A stretch of DNA of 64,000 nt, from the NCBI GenBank assembly GCA_937949555.1, contig CALEDV010000023.1, forward strand, positions 12,869 through 76,868, read 5' to 3'. Both the position numbers and the translations under genes were made by a program. Below the pieces are notes generated by a model that was given only the letters and a program-made list of their open reading frames with translations, searched no databases and was not told the origin of the DNA. Every line of letters begins with the position of its first letter. Position 1 is the first letter of the stretch. The DNA comes from an uncultured bacterium (lineage in GTDB: Bacteria > Nitrospirota > Thermodesulfovibrionia > Thermodesulfovibrionales > Dissulfurispiraceae). Below are positions 10,405 to 20,989 of this stretch, in pieces.

Positions 10405-11589
10405 ATGCCAAAGAAGTATGAAACTCCAATGCTTGACGAACTGGAAAAGGGACCTTTTCCAAGTTTCGTAACGGAGATGAAGAAGGCAGCAGCTAAGTCA
10501 GATATGGCCGCTGACGCCCTCGGACAACTTGAGAGGTGCTTTAAAGACAACAGAACACACTGGAAACACGGTGGCATCGTAGGCGTACGTGGTTACGGCG
10601 GTGGTGTTATAGGAAGGTATTCTGACCTTCCAGAGGAGTTTCCAGATGTAGCGCACTTCCATACAGTCAGGATCAATTCAATTGCTGGACTTTTCTACAA
10701 GTCCTCATTTTTGAAGGAGATGTGTGACATATGGGACAAGTATGGCAGCGGCTTAACTAATTTTCATGGTTCAACGGGAGACCTGGTTCTTTTAGGAACC
10801 AAAACTGACACCTTAGAGTCTATCTTTGCTGAGTTTTCCTCTCGTGGATGGGATCTTGGTGGCTCAGGGTCAGCAATGAGGACACCAAGTTGTTGTGTAG
10901 GACCGGCAAGGTGTGAATGGGCAAATATTGATACCCTTGACATTACGTATGCTACTACTCAGGAGTTTCAAGATGAGATGCACAGACCAGCATTCCCCTA
11001 CAAATTTAAGTTTAAGACTGTTGGATGTGCTGTGGACTGTAATGCAGCAATAGCCCGTGCAGACTGTTCTATAATCGGAACATGGAAAGGCAAAATAGAG
11101 ATAAATCAAGATGAGGTAGCTAACTACGCCAAAAGTGGCATGAATATCCAGACCGAGATAGTAAATCTTTGTCCATCAAAGTGTATGTCTTATGACGGCA
11201 AGACACTATCAATTAATGATGACGATTGCGTAAGATGCATGCACTGCATTAGTAGAATGACAAAGGCGTTGAAACCCACAGGCGAAAAAGGTGCGAGCAT
11301 ACTTATAGGAAGTAAGGCGCCCTTTGTTATCGGTGCAACACTGTCTTGGGTTATTGTGCCTTTTATGAAGATGGAGCCCCCATACACAGAGTTTTTTGAT
11401 TTAGTAAGGAAGATGTGGGAATGGTGGGATGAGCATGGAAAGAACAGAGAGAGGATTGGAGAGCTTATAATCAGAAGAGGCATGAGAGAGTTCCTTGAAT
11501 ACATTGGCGTTGACCCTATGCCTCAGCAGGTTAAAGAACCCAGAAGGGATCCTTTCTATTTCTGGAAAGAAGAAGATCTTGCAAAATAA
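10405..11589 (+). CDS. dsrA: Dissimilatory sulfite reductase alpha subunit
   Basis: 394 aa. [21 protein letters not shown] (C-x5-C), [14 protein letters not shown] (C-x3-C), ferredoxin-like CPSKC...CVRCMHC. AGGAGG RBS 6 nt upstream. Followed by dsrB and dsrD. Confidence 0.93.
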   Translation: MPKKYETPMLDELEKGPFPSFVTEMKKAAAKSDMAADALGQLERCFKDNRTHWKHGGIVGVRGYGGGVIGRYSDLPEEFPDVAHFHTVRINSIAGLFYKSSFLKEMCDIWDKYGSGLTNFHGSTGDLVLLGTKTDTLESIFAEFSSRGWDLGGSGSAMRTPSCCVGPARCEWANIDTLDITYATTQEFQDEMHRPAFPYKFKFKTVGCAVDCNAAIARADCSIIGTWKGKIEINQDEVANYAKSGMNIQTEIVNLCPSKCMSYDGKTLSINDDDCVRCMHCISRMTKALKPTGEKGASILIGSKAPFVIGATLSWVIVPFMKMEPPYTEFFDLVRKMWEWWDEHGKNRERIGELIIRRGMREFLEYIGVDPMPQQVKEPRRDPFYFWKEEDLAK

Positions 11590-11612
11590 ATAAATCTATA
11601 ATAAAGGAGGAT

Positions 11613-12692
11613 ATGATAATTATGGCAGCACCACAGAGAAAGACAGACATTGGACCGCCTCATTATAAGGAATATCTCCCCCCAGTTATCCAGAAGAATT
11701 TTGGTGACTGGAAATATCATCAGATTATAAATCCTGGATTGATGGTCCATGTAGCCAACAGCGGAGATAAGATTTGGACTGTAAGGGTTGCATCTCCAAG
11801 ACTCCTCAGCACAGATACCATCAGAGATATTGCTGATATTGCTGAAAAATACTGTGGTGGTTATGTGAGATTCACCACAAGAAACAACATTGAGTTCCTT
11901 GTATCAGAGGAGAAGAACATCGAGCCTCTGATAAATGAACTTAAGTCCAAGCATTACATGATCGGTGGAATCGGCTCCGGAGTAAGCAATATCGTTCATA
12001 CACAGGGATGGATCCATTGCCACAGTGCAGCAGTAGATGCTTCTGCCCTTGTGAAGGTTATAATGGATGAATTCGCCGATTATTTCACCACCAAACAGAC
12101 TCCAAACAAGGTTAGATTTGCAGTGGCATGCTGCACCAACATGTGCGGTGCCGTCCATTGCTCAGACATAGCCTATGTGGGTATTCATAGGAAGATACCG
12201 AGGATTGACCATGACAATATAAAGAATATGTGCGAGGTGCCTTCCACTGTAGCATGTTGTCCTACAAATGCAATCAGCCCTGATCCAGCAAAGAAGAGCC
12301 TAAAGATCAACGCTGACAAATGTATGTATTGCGGCAATTGCTATTCTGTCTGCCCAGCCCTTCCCATTGCTGACCCTGAAAATGATGGCGTGGCAATAGT
12401 TGTAGGTGGCAAAGTCGGAAGCCTTAGAAGCAACCCAAAGTTCTCAAAACTGGTTGTTCCTTTCATTAAGAATAATCCCCCAAAATGGCCTGAGGTAGTT
12501 GAGGCTACCAAAAAGATATTCAACGCCTACATGGCAGGTGCTAATAAGCACGAAAGGGTTGGCGAATGGGTTGAGAGGATCGGTTGGGAGAAGTTCTTTA
12601 AGGTAACAGGTCTGCCCTTCACCTTCCAGCACATTGATGACTTTACCATAGCAAGAGAGACCTTTAGGACCGCTGCTACATTTAAGTGGTAG
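11613..12692 (+). CDS. dsrB: Dissimilatory sulfite reductase beta subunit
   Basis: 359 aa. [64 protein letters not shown]...[12 protein letters not shown]. An alternative start at ATG 11622 has better SD spacing. Confidence 0.93.
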   Translation: MIIMAAPQRKTDIGPPHYKEYLPPVIQKNFGDWKYHQIINPGLMVHVANSGDKIWTVRVASPRLLSTDTIRDIADIAEKYCGGYVRFTTRNNIEFLVSEEKNIEPLINELKSKHYMIGGIGSGVSNIVHTQGWIHCHSAAVDASALVKVIMDEFADYFTTKQTPNKVRFAVACCTNMCGAVHCSDIAYVGIHRKIPRIDHDNIKNMCEVPSTVACCPTNAISPDPAKKSLKINADKCMYCGNCYSVCPALPIADPENDGVAIVVGGKVGSLRSNPKFSKLVVPFIKNNPPKWPEVVEATKKIFNAYMAGANKHERVGEWVERIGWEKFFKVTGLPFTFQHIDDFTIARETFRTAATFKW

Positions 12693-12706
12693 GAGAGCAA
12701 GTTGTT

Positions 12707-12737
12707 AGGGGTGGGGAAAAAACCACCCCTTGATTTT
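12707..12737 (+). terminator. Hairpin + T-tract between dsrB and dsrD (terminator/attenuator)
   Basis: AGGGGTGG (12707-12714) pairs with CCACCCCT (12723-12730) over an 8-nt loop, followed by TGATTTT. Confidence 0.6.
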
Positions 12738-12796
12738 AAAACTTGATTTTAACATTTTGACTGGTTTCATAAACCACAAAGGGGTGTAAAGATAAA

Positions 12797-13015
12797 ATGG
12801 AAAAGGAAGAGATAAAACAAAAAATTTACGATTTGGTTGTAAAATCAACTGGAAAGAAGAAACTGAAATCTTCTGATATTCAAAAGCAGATATCATCCGA
12901 TACAGGGTGCTCAAGAGATGAGGTCAAAGACGCCCTCAAGGATCTCATGGATGAAGGCAAGCTCATTTATACTTACTTTGGCGGGAGTTATGTAGAGTTG
13001 CCTCCAAATCAATAG
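12797..13015 (+). CDS. dsrD: DsrD (small winged-helix protein of the dsr locus)
   Basis: 72 aa, Lys-rich, ...KKKLKSSDIQK...LMDEGKLIYTYFGGSYVEL. The position directly after dsrAB is typical for dsrD. Confidence 0.8.
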   Translation: MEKEEIKQKIYDLVVKSTGKKKLKSSDIQKQISSDTGCSRDEVKDALKDLMDEGKLIYTYFGGSYVELPPNQ

Positions 13016-13042
13016 GTCAAATTAACCGTTCAATATTTTTAG

Positions 13043-13071
13043 GGGCAGTCTTTTTGATAGCGAGACTGCCC
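13043..13071. terminator. Bidirectional hairpin between convergent dsrD and MBL-fold genes
   Basis: GGGCAGTCT (13043-13051) pairs with AGACTGCCC (13063-13071). T-rich on the plus side (TGTTTATT) and A/T-rich upstream. Confidence 0.55.
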
Positions 13072-13074
13072 TGT

Positions 13075-14460
13075 TTATTCATTAAATATGTCGCCCCTTT
13101 TAGGTATGCACACAGCAAGCCCTAAATCCTCCCTTATTGATTCTGCAAATAACTGAGATGTCTCAGGTTCTCCATGCACAACAAACACCTTTGGCTTATT
13201 ATCAATTTCCTTTAACCATTGTAGCAGCCCTGACCTATCGGCATGGGCAGAAAAGCCGCCTATTGTATGCACCGATGCCTTAACTGCTATATCCTCTCCG
13301 AGTATCTTTAACTTTTTTGCACCCTCAATTATCCTCCTGCCCATTGTGCCCTTTGCCTGAAAACCCACAAAGACCACACTACACTCCTTCCTCCAGAGGT
13401 TATGCTTGAAATGATGCCTGATCCTACCTCCTTCGCACATCCCGCTCCCTGCGATTATAATGGCCCCAGACCTGACCTTGTTTATCTGCTGAGACTCCTC
13501 CACAGAGCTGGTAAATATGGCCCTTGAAAACATTTTTTCCCTTACTGACAATACACGCAAGGCCTCTTCATCAAAACACTCTGGATGCCTTAGGTATATC
13601 TCTGTGGCCTCCTTGGCAAGGGGACTGTCTACAAAGATATAAAAGGGCTCTTTTATCCTATCCCCTGCTATCTCATTGAGGACATAGAGTATATCCTGCG
13701 TCCTGCCTACTGCAAAGGAGGGGATTAGCACATTGCCTCCCCTTTTGAAGGTAGACCTTATGGTATCTATGAACTCCTCCATGCTATCATTTGGATTTCT
13801 GTGCGTTCTATTGCCATAGGTAGATTCTATAAGCACTATGTCAGCCTCCTCAGGCGGTATGGGGTCTTTAATAATGGGGTTGTTCCTTTTGCCAATGTCC
13901 CCAGAAAAAACCAGCCTCTTTTCCCTCTCAGAGTCCTGATAGGATACCTCGATAGTAGCTGAACCAAGGATGTGTCCAGCATCTATAAACCTTATCTTTA
14001 CCCCTGAGCCAATGGGTTGAACACTGTCATAGGAGATGCCCCTTAGGTGAGGCAGTACCAAATCTACCTCTTGGGTTGTATAAAGGGGTTCAATGATATC
14101 ATCGACCCCTGCCCTTTGCCGCCTCTTTGTAAGCCATTCAGCGTCCTTTTTTTGTAAATGGGCAGAGTCTTTGAGCATTACAGAGGTCAGTTCTTTAGTG
14201 GCAGGGGTGCAAAGTATATCCCCCCTAAAACCATCCCTTACCAGGCAAGGCAACAAACCTGAGTGGTCAATATGGGCATGGGTTAACAATACATAGTCAA
14301 GCTCGGTGGGTTTAAAGACAAAGGGTGCCCTGTTGGCAATGTCACTGCCCTGTCCCTGATGCATCCCACAATCCACAAGGAGCCTCTTGTTGTTTATCTC
14401 TAAATAGAAGCAGCTTCCAGTTACAGAATCTACGCCACCGATGAATTGGAGCCTCACCAA
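13075..14460 (-). CDS. MBL-fold metallo-hydrolase with beta-CASP domain (RNA-processing nuclease family)
   Basis: 461 aa. VDCGMHQG...LLTHAHIDHSG (HxHxDH), later motifs DAGHILGSA, ESTYG and a C-terminal VHGE. Confidence 0.8.
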   Translation of the reverse strand: MVRLQFIGGVDSVTGSCFYLEINNKRLLVDCGMHQGQGSDIANRAPFVFKPTELDYVLLTHAHIDHSGLLPCLVRDGFRGDILCTPATKELTSVMLKDSAHLQKKDAEWLTKRRQRAGVDDIIEPLYTTQEVDLVLPHLRGISYDSVQPIGSGVKIRFIDAGHILGSATIEVSYQDSEREKRLVFSGDIGKRNNPIIKDPIPPEEADIVLIESTYGNRTHRNPNDSMEEFIDTIRSTFKRGGNVLIPSFAVGRTQDILYVLNEIAGDRIKEPFYIFVDSPLAKEATEIYLRHPECFDEEALRVLSVREKMFSRAIFTSSVEESQQINKVRSGAIIIAGSGMCEGGRIRHHFKHNLWRKECSVVFVGFQAKGTMGRRIIEGAKKLKILGEDIAVKASVHTIGGFSAHADRSGLLQWLKEIDNKPKVFVVHGEPETSQLFAESIREDLGLAVCIPKRGDIFNE

Positions 14461-15369
14461 TCAATCCTCAATAGCCCTGTTTATACCTGCCTTGATCAGG
14501 TAATCGAGGGCCTTTGAGTACTCCTCATTGGTGATGGTCCTACCAAGCCTTTCATCACCCCTTGCCTTATAGCAAGGATAATACTGGGCCATAATATTGA
14601 CATAGGTCCTCTTTGATATGTGATTTGCCACAAAGTCCATTGCCGCCTCTGTGCCTGCAAGGTCAGCAGGCAATACCAGATGCCTCAGTAGGATACCCCT
14701 CAGGACCACACCATTGGTGTCTAAAACCAGGTCACCCACCTGACGGTGCATCTCCTTTAAGGCCTCCTTTGCCCGCACAAAATAATCAGGGGCCTCGGCA
14801 CACATGGACGAGACAGAGTCATCGGTAAACTTCAGGTCTGGCATGTAGATGTCAACAATACCATCTAAGAGCCTCAATGCCTCAACGGATTCATAACCGC
14901 CACAGTTATAAACCACCGGCACATTCAATCCACCTTCTATGGCGATGCTTAGGGCCTTTAAGATCATTGGCATCTGGTGTGTTGGGGTAACCAAATTGAT
15001 ATTGTGACACCCTTGCCTTTGCAACTTAAGCATTATCTCTGCAAGGTCTTGCTCAGAGGTCTCATGACCTTCACCCTCGTGGCTTATCTCCCAGTTTTGA
15101 CAGAATATACAGCCCAGATTGCAGTTGCTGAAGAAGATGGTGCCTGAACCATGGCTTCCCCGTATGGGCCTCTCCTCTCCATAGTGAGGTCCCCAACTGG
15201 CAACAAAGGGCCTATGACCTGTCTTGCAATAGCCCCTTTGTCCAGAGAGCCTATCAACGCCACAGTCTCTCGGACAAAGCCTGCATTGGCTCAGCATCTC
15301 ATAGGCCCCATCTACCCTCTGCTGAAGCTCAGAAGGCGTTAGGTTTAGATATGAAGGATACCGTCTCAT
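14461..15369 (-). CDS. Radical SAM protein (PflX / COG1313-like activase family)
   Basis: 302 aa. N-terminal CRLCPRDCGVDR...GYC cluster and CNLGCIFCQNW radical-SAM motif. The stop abuts the start of the downstream MBL gene. Confidence 0.75.
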   Translation of the reverse strand: MRRYPSYLNLTPSELQQRVDGAYEMLSQCRLCPRDCGVDRLSGQRGYCKTGHRPFVASWGPHYGEERPIRGSHGSGTIFFSNCNLGCIFCQNWEISHEGEGHETSEQDLAEIMLKLQRQGCHNINLVTPTHQMPMILKALSIAIEGGLNVPVVYNCGGYESVEALRLLDGIVDIYMPDLKFTDDSVSSMCAEAPDYFVRAKEALKEMHRQVGDLVLDTNGVVLRGILLRHLVLPADLAGTEAAMDFVANHISKRTYVNIMAQYYPCYKARGDERLGRTITNEEYSKALDYLIKAGINRAIED

Positions 15370-15476
15370 GTTAACCTCAGTGCCTATTGCTAATCAGTTA
15401 AAGGTACTGGTGATTACCTGTCTTTTCTGAAATCTTTTGTAGCTATCTGCTGACCCCAAATACATCTCAAAGGTCC

Positions 15477-16835
15477 TCAAGGTATAACGGGGAGCTTAGA
15501 CAGTGCCTCCTTTATAAGCCCCTCAGGATACTCGTAATCAACGAGCTTACCATTTAAATAGTCATCATAGGCAGCAAGGTCAAGGTAGCCATGACCGCTG
15601 AGATTAAAGAGGATGGTCCTTGTCTTGCCCTCTTGCTTGCATAAAAGCGCCTCATCAATGGCTGCCCTTATGGCATGGGATGTCTCTGGTGCTGGGATTA
15701 TGCCCTCTGTTTTGGCAAAGAGCACAGCAGCCTCAAAACAGGCAAGCTGTTTATATGCCCGTGCCTCAATGATACCATCGTGGCATAGCTGAGATACCAA
15801 CGAGGAGTCTCCATGATAACGAAGGCCCCCTGCGTGTATGCCTGGTGGCATAAAGTCATGCCCAAGGGTGTACATCATGATTAGGGGCGTCAAACCAGCG
15901 GTATCTCCAAAGTCATATCTAAATTCACCCTTAGTCAGGGTAGGACAGGATGCTGGCTCAACGGCAATAGCCCTCAAATCTTTGCCATTAAACTTATCGA
16001 GCAAAAAGGGGAAACTAATGCCCCCAAAATTGCTGCCTCCACCACAACAACCAATTACGATATCTGGATAATCACCTACAATCTCAAATTGTCTCTTTGC
16101 CTCAAGGCCTATTACAGTTTGATGGAGAACCACATGATTCAGTACTGAACCGAGGGCATAGTTGGTGTCTTTGTGGGTAGCCGCATCCTCAACGGCCTCA
16201 GAGATTGCCAGACCAAGGCTTCCTGGGCTTTGTGGATCCAGTGAAAGTGCATTTCTGCCAGCATTGGTCTGATCTGAGGGGCTTGGATGGACCTTAGCCC
16301 CCCAGGTCTCCATGGCAATACGCCTGTAGGGTTTCTGATTGTAACTCACCCTAACCATATAAACGGTCACATCAATACCAAACATAGTGCCTGCCAGGGC
16401 CATTGAAGAACCCCACTGACCAGCCCCAGTCTCTGTAGCGATCCTCTTAATACCAGCCTTTTTGTTGTAATAGGCCTGTGGTACAGCAGTGTTTGGTTTG
16501 TGGCTGCCCGCAGGGCTTACGCCCTCGTATTTGTAGTAAATCTTTGCAGGGGTCTTGAGGGCATCCTCAAGCCTCTTTGCCCTACATAAAGGAGAGGGCC
16601 TCCACAATGCATATATCTGAAGCACCTCATCGGGGATATCAATCCATCGCTCAGTGGAGACCTCCTGCTCTATTAAACCCATTGGGAATATAGCGCTCAG
16701 GTCCTCTGGCCCCACAGGCTGCTTGGTAGCAGGATGGAGTGGGGGCTTAGGGAGGTGGGGCATATCAGCGGCAATGTTATACCACTGACGAGGCATCTCA
16801 TCGGTTGATAGTAGTATCTTTACATCCTTGTTCAT
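15477..16835 (-). CDS. TrpB-like PLP-dependent enzyme (tryptophan synthase beta, TrpB2 type)
   Basis: PRQWYNI...LKPPLHP N-terminus typical of the TrpB2 group, GSHKPN lysine motif, GGGSNFGG. Start set at MNKDV (ATG 16835) with AGGAGG 6 nt upstream. The ORF-track start at 16853 is TTG. Confidence 0.8.
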   Translation of the reverse strand: MNKDVKILLSTDEMPRQWYNIAADMPHLPKPPLHPATKQPVGPEDLSAIFPMGLIEQEVSTERWIDIPDEVLQIYALWRPSPLCRAKRLEDALKTPAKIYYKYEGVSPAGSHKPNTAVPQAYYNKKAGIKRIATETGAGQWGSSMALAGTMFGIDVTVYMVRVSYNQKPYRRIAMETWGAKVHPSPSDQTNAGRNALSLDPQSPGSLGLAISEAVEDAATHKDTNYALGSVLNHVVLHQTVIGLEAKRQFEIVGDYPDIVIGCCGGGSNFGGISFPFLLDKFNGKDLRAIAVEPASCPTLTKGEFRYDFGDTAGLTPLIMMYTLGHDFMPPGIHAGGLRYHGDSSLVSQLCHDGIIEARAYKQLACFEAAVLFAKTEGIIPAPETSHAIRAAIDEALLCKQEGKTRTILFNLSGHGYLDLAAYDDYLNGKLVDYEYPEGLIKEALSKLPVIP

Positions 16836-17078
16836 CAATAGCCTCCTGTGCAATAAATATCAAAGCATAGCAATACATTGTTTCAATTAAGCCTGTACTA
16901 CAGGGTCCAACGCAGGTCCTACCACAGGATGTGATGTTGCCCTGCGAGATGGCTGTCTTACAGGTGGTTTTTCATGAGACCTTTGACATTACTATTTTAT
17001 AAAGTAATTTCAACAAATGTTCCCCTATAGGTTTTTTGTTAATCTGCCCTATAGACACTGAATTTATATACCTCTTTT

Positions 17079-18857
17079 TTAGATACCCAGCCTCTTTGTA
17101 AGGGCCTCACACTGGTTACACAACTCCTGAGGAAGTCTGTCGCCAAACTGACTGAAGAATGACTTTATCTCCTCAATCTCCTTAGCCCATGCAGAGGGGT
17201 CAATCTTAAAAAGCCTTTCCTTTTCTGCTTGGTTAAGGGATAGCCCAGAAAAGTCCATGTCCTCAAGGTAGGGCACAAATCCTAAGGGCGTCTCCTTAGC
17301 CTTTACCCGTCCGTGGACCCTGTCAATAATCCACTTCATCACCCTTATATTTTCCCTAAAACCAGGCCAAATAAATCTACCCTGCTCATCGACCCTAAAC
17401 CAGTTGACCATAAAGATCTTCGGCGGGTTTGACATTTGAGAACCAATGTTCAACCAATGGGCAAAATAATCAGCCATGTTATAACCACAGAAAGGTAGCA
17501 TCGCGAAAGGGTCTCTCCTTATAACACCTACCTTTAATGCAGCCGCAGCAGTGGTCTCTGAGCCCATAGTGGCGGCACAGAACACACCATGGTTCCAGTC
17601 AAAACTCTCAAGCACAAGGGGTATAGTCCTGCTGCGTCTTGATCCAAAGAGCATTGCCGACACAGGCACACCCTGAGGATTGTCCACCTCCTTTGAGAGT
17701 GTTGGGGCATTGTAAATAGACACGGTAAATCTTGAATTTGGATGGGCTGCTTTATTACCTGAGCCTGGGTTAAACTCCTTGCCTTGCCAATCCAGAAGCC
17801 TCTTTGGGGCAGGGTTGTCCCTTTCCATGCCTTCCCACCAGGGAGTGTTTGTATCAGGATCAAGGGCTGTGTTAGTAAAAAGTGTGGGGAAAAATTTATC
17901 TGCCTTTAATGTATCCATCATATTGGGATTTGTTTTATAACAGGTATCTGGGGCAACACCAAAAAAACCTGCCTCAGGATTGATGGCATAGAGCCTCTTA
18001 TCAGGACCAAAATTTATCCATGCTATGTCATCTCCTAAGGTCCATAGCTTATATCCTGGCAACGAGGGAGACATCATGGCTAAATTGGTCTTACCGCAGG
18101 CAGAGGGGAATGCGCCAGTGATATAGGTGATATTGCCCTCTGGGTCTTCTATGCCTGCCACGATCATGTGCTCTGCAAGCCAATTCTCCTTGAGGGCAAG
18201 CTGGGAGGCAATCCTCAGAGAAAAACACTTCTTGCCCAGCAGGGCGTTTCCGCCATAACCTGAGCCAACACTCATCACAAGGCTCTCCTGAGGAAAGTGC
18301 ATTATGAACCTCTTTTCAGGGTCAAGCTCTCCAATTGAATGGAGCCCCTTGACAAAGTCTGAACTGCCCCCAATCCTTTCAATCACCCTGCTGCTCATAC
18401 GGGTCATTATCTTCATGCTTACGGCTACATAGACAGAATCGGTAATCTGGATACAGTCCTTTGCATAGGGGGAATCTGGCTGACCCATAGTGTAAGGTAG
18501 CACATACATGGTCCTCCCCTTCATGCATCCATCAAAAAGCTTGTTGAGTTTAGCCTTTGCCTCCACGGGATCCATCCAGTTGTTGTTGGGGCCAGCCATC
18601 TCTTTGGTGGGCTGATTTACAAAGGTTAGGTGCTCCACCCTCGCCACATCAGAGGGGTGGCTCCTGTGTAAATAGGCATTTGGAAACACCTTGTGATTGA
18701 GCTCACTAAAAGTGAAATGCCCTCCAATCTTCTCAACGGTCATGCCAATCTCAAGAAGTCTATGTGCCTCATCGTCAGAACCATCACACCAGTAAATCTT
18801 TTCAGGTTTTGTGAGCCCTGCCTGCTCATCAACCCATTGTTCAACTTCGGTAGCCAT
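17079..18857 (-). CDS. pckG: Phosphoenolpyruvate carboxykinase (GTP)
   Basis: AFPSACGKTN kinase-1a motif, WEG...NPNSRFT, typical ~590-aa length. Start set at MATEVEQW (GGGAGG RBS) rather than the ORF-track start 18893. Confidence 0.9.
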   Translation of the reverse strand: MATEVEQWVDEQAGLTKPEKIYWCDGSDDEAHRLLEIGMTVEKIGGHFTFSELNHKVFPNAYLHRSHPSDVARVEHLTFVNQPTKEMAGPNNNWMDPVEAKAKLNKLFDGCMKGRTMYVLPYTMGQPDSPYAKDCIQITDSVYVAVSMKIMTRMSSRVIERIGGSSDFVKGLHSIGELDPEKRFIMHFPQESLVMSVGSGYGGNALLGKKCFSLRIASQLALKENWLAEHMIVAGIEDPEGNITYITGAFPSACGKTNLAMMSPSLPGYKLWTLGDDIAWINFGPDKRLYAINPEAGFFGVAPDTCYKTNPNMMDTLKADKFFPTLFTNTALDPDTNTPWWEGMERDNPAPKRLLDWQGKEFNPGSGNKAAHPNSRFTVSIYNAPTLSKEVDNPQGVPVSAMLFGSRRSRTIPLVLESFDWNHGVFCAATMGSETTAAAALKVGVIRRDPFAMLPFCGYNMADYFAHWLNIGSQMSNPPKIFMVNWFRVDEQGRFIWPGFRENIRVMKWIIDRVHGRVKAKETPLGFVPYLEDMDFSGLSLNQAEKERLFKIDPSAWAKEIEEIKSFFSQFGDRLPQELCNQCEALTKRLGI

Positions 18858-18957
18858 TAATTCCTCCCTTTTGATTTCATAATTACTTCCCATTTTTCAT
18901 GAAACTTTTGACATTACCGATTTTTGGATATTGTTTGATATTAAATTAAAATCTTGT

Positions 18958-19797
18958 TTACCACTTAAGTTCCTTGTTCATGAGCTTTTTATAAAAGCCT
19001 GGGGGCACAAAGGACTGGACATGTATCTCATCACTGTATATCTTAGTTTGTATCTTACAGGGCCTTCTTATCTCTCTAATAGGGTGCCTCTTTGATGACG
19101 CTGAGAATGTCCACCAGTTACCAGCATAGGTTGCAAGGTTAGCTGTGTAAAGGTCAACAATGGGGAATATCAATCTCATTGACTCCTGCACCTCCACAAC
19201 CATCTCTTTGTGAAAATGTAAAGACTCAGAAAGGGTAACGAACATGCCCTCATCGGTAAGGCAGTCCTTTACATGCTTGAAAAACTCAACAGTAAAGAGA
19301 CTTTTTGCAAATCCTATAATGTCTGTGGAGTCAACTATGATAACATCTATGTCACCCTTTCTATTTTTGACAAACTCAGCACCGTCCATACATTTTATCT
19401 CAACCCTGCTGTCCCCAATTCCTGAGGCTACTTCAGGGAAAAACTTCTTTGATGTCTCAATCACCTCTTCATCAATCTCAATAAAATAGACCCTTTTGAC
19501 AGTTTCATGTTTTAACACTTCCCTCACTGCCCCACCATCTCCTCCCCCTATGACAACTATGTTCTCAGGTGATGGATGAGAATGCATAAGAGGATGAACA
19601 AGCATCTCATGGTAAAAAAACTCATCACGCTCCGTAATCTGCACAACTCCGTCAAGGATGAGCATATTGCCAAAGTAAGGGTTGCTTATTACCATGATCT
19701 CCTGAAATCTGCTCTTGCTGTGATGTAAAATATCTTTTACATCATATACATACTGGATAGGGGCATAGGGGTCTTTCTCAAATAGCTTAATCATCAT
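18958..19797 (-). CDS. speE: Spermidine synthase
   Basis: 279 aa. LDGVVQ.TERDEF.YHEML.H, GGGDGG.VREVLKH, IVDSTD. Confidence 0.88.
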   Translation of the reverse strand: MMIKLFEKDPYAPIQYVYDVKDILHHSKSRFQEIMVISNPYFGNMLILDGVVQITERDEFFYHEMLVHPLMHSHPSPENIVVIGGGDGGAVREVLKHETVKRVYFIEIDEEVIETSKKFFPEVASGIGDSRVEIKCMDGAEFVKNRKGDIDVIIVDSTDIIGFAKSLFTVEFFKHVKDCLTDEGMFVTLSESLHFHKEMVVEVQESMRLIFPIVDLYTANLATYAGNWWTFSASSKRHPIREIRRPCKIQTKIYSDEIHVQSFVPPGFYKKLMNKELKW

Positions 19798-19980
19798 TTC
19801 TCCTTATTTATAAATGGTTTTAAGCAAAGTTCTCTGAAATCTTAGCTATTAAGTTTTTATTTATAAACCCTTAGGGTTGATTTTAAAAGCCCTATAATTA
19901 AAATTTGGGTGTTATTTTACAACAATAGCCAATAAATTTAATACTTTTCAAAAATTATGTAACGCCAACATGATAATGTC

Positions 19981-20660
19981 CTAAAAGGTGTTGTGGGTAT
20001 AGGGTATCGATGCAAAGAGCGATATCAATGCCTTCTTGAATCCCTCAAGGTCACCCCTCAGCAATGACTCCTCTATATCGTTCCTTAAGACCGTGACGTC
20101 CTTGTCTTCACTCCTTATTAAATACTTGATGATATGCTCACTAAAGGCTATCTTGACCTCCTTGTTTGCAATAGTCAACCTTAAATCCCTGCTCCCACTT
20201 GACCTCTTGATAACCTCTGCTATGGTCAGACAGCCTGTCTAAAATAGGATTGTCTCTATGTCAAGGTGGTCTATGTCAAAGGAGGTCAAAAGATTCTTGC
20301 TGACTACTAAATTACTTAGTCCAGGCAGAAAATAGTCCTTTTCTTCTATGAGTCTCACCAAAAAGCTCGGTGTCCCTGTCTCAAACCAGTAACTGTCAAA
20401 CTCCTTGCCTTTATATAAAAAGGGCAATATGTCAAAGGGGTTGTAGACATTCTACCCTAAGAAGTTATAGCCATTATACCAGTCCCTTAGCTCTTGCAGG
20501 TCTACATCCGTCAGGGTATCTACAAACAAGGCTTGCCAAATCTACGAGGGCGAGAGAGAGGAAGTAATACTTGCCTGTGGTGGCTAAGTCATAGACATAA
20601 CCGTCATTGATTATCTCTCTTAAATTGCTGATGCCTTTGGGGAGTTTCTTCTTCATGGTG
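19981..20660 (-). pseudogene. Decayed AAA-ATPase-like (PF09820-type) / PD-(D/E)XK family gene
   Basis: Own translation: MKKKLPKGISNLREIINDGYVY / DLATTGKYYFLS, then frameshift (RPRRFGKPCL*), then ...WYNGYNFLG*NVYNPFDIL..., YWFETGTPSFLVRLIEEKDY...LF*, and a truncated tail. At least 1 frameshift, 3 in-frame stops, and the central ATPase and C-terminal nuclease parts are missing. Confidence 0.75.
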
Positions 20661-20799
20661 TGGGGATATTTTAGCACAGTTAAGACTGGGTTCTGTAGGA
20701 AGGCCAGTTAGAGCAGCAGTGCAGGGTTATTTGTAGGAATCAATAGGATTGGATCGCAGGACCATTTCTATCAATAAAAGAATTGACCCCACTTTTTTC

Positions 20800-20889
20800 T
20801 TGACGAATTATAATGTTTCCGATAGCATAATACCCCTTCGGAGTTCCTACAGGCTTTATTATCCACCAAATATCTCTGTCCAGTTTTTG
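20800..20889 (+). repeat. 90-bp direct repeat, copy 1 (upstream of the TA cassette)
   Basis: TTGACGAATTATAATGTTTCCGATAGCATAATACCCCTTCGGAGTTCCTACAGGCTTTATTATCCACCAAATATCTCTGTCCAGTTTTTG. 86/90 identical to 21497-21586. Confidence 0.9.
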
Positions 20890-20930
20890 TGGAAATTATA
20901 CCCCTCTCATCCTGAGAGATGGGAGGGGTC

Positions 20931-20959
20931 TTGACAAAGTCTATATGATTAAATATGAT
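20931..20959 (+). promoter_or_regulatory. Sigma-70-type promoter of the TA operon
   Basis: TTGACA (20931-20936), 17-nt spacer, TATGAT (20954-20959). GAGGTG SD, then ATG 20990. Confidence 0.5.
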
Positions 20960-20989
20960 TTTATCATCTAATATATGTGAGGTGAATAT

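Noticed and set aside
20800-20815. TTGACG-N3-TATAAT (and TTGACA-N3-TATAAT at 21497-21512) as sigma-70 promoters
   Set aside because: A 3-nt spacer between the -35-like and -10-like hexamers is incompatible with a sigma-70 promoter. At most the TATAAT alone could function.
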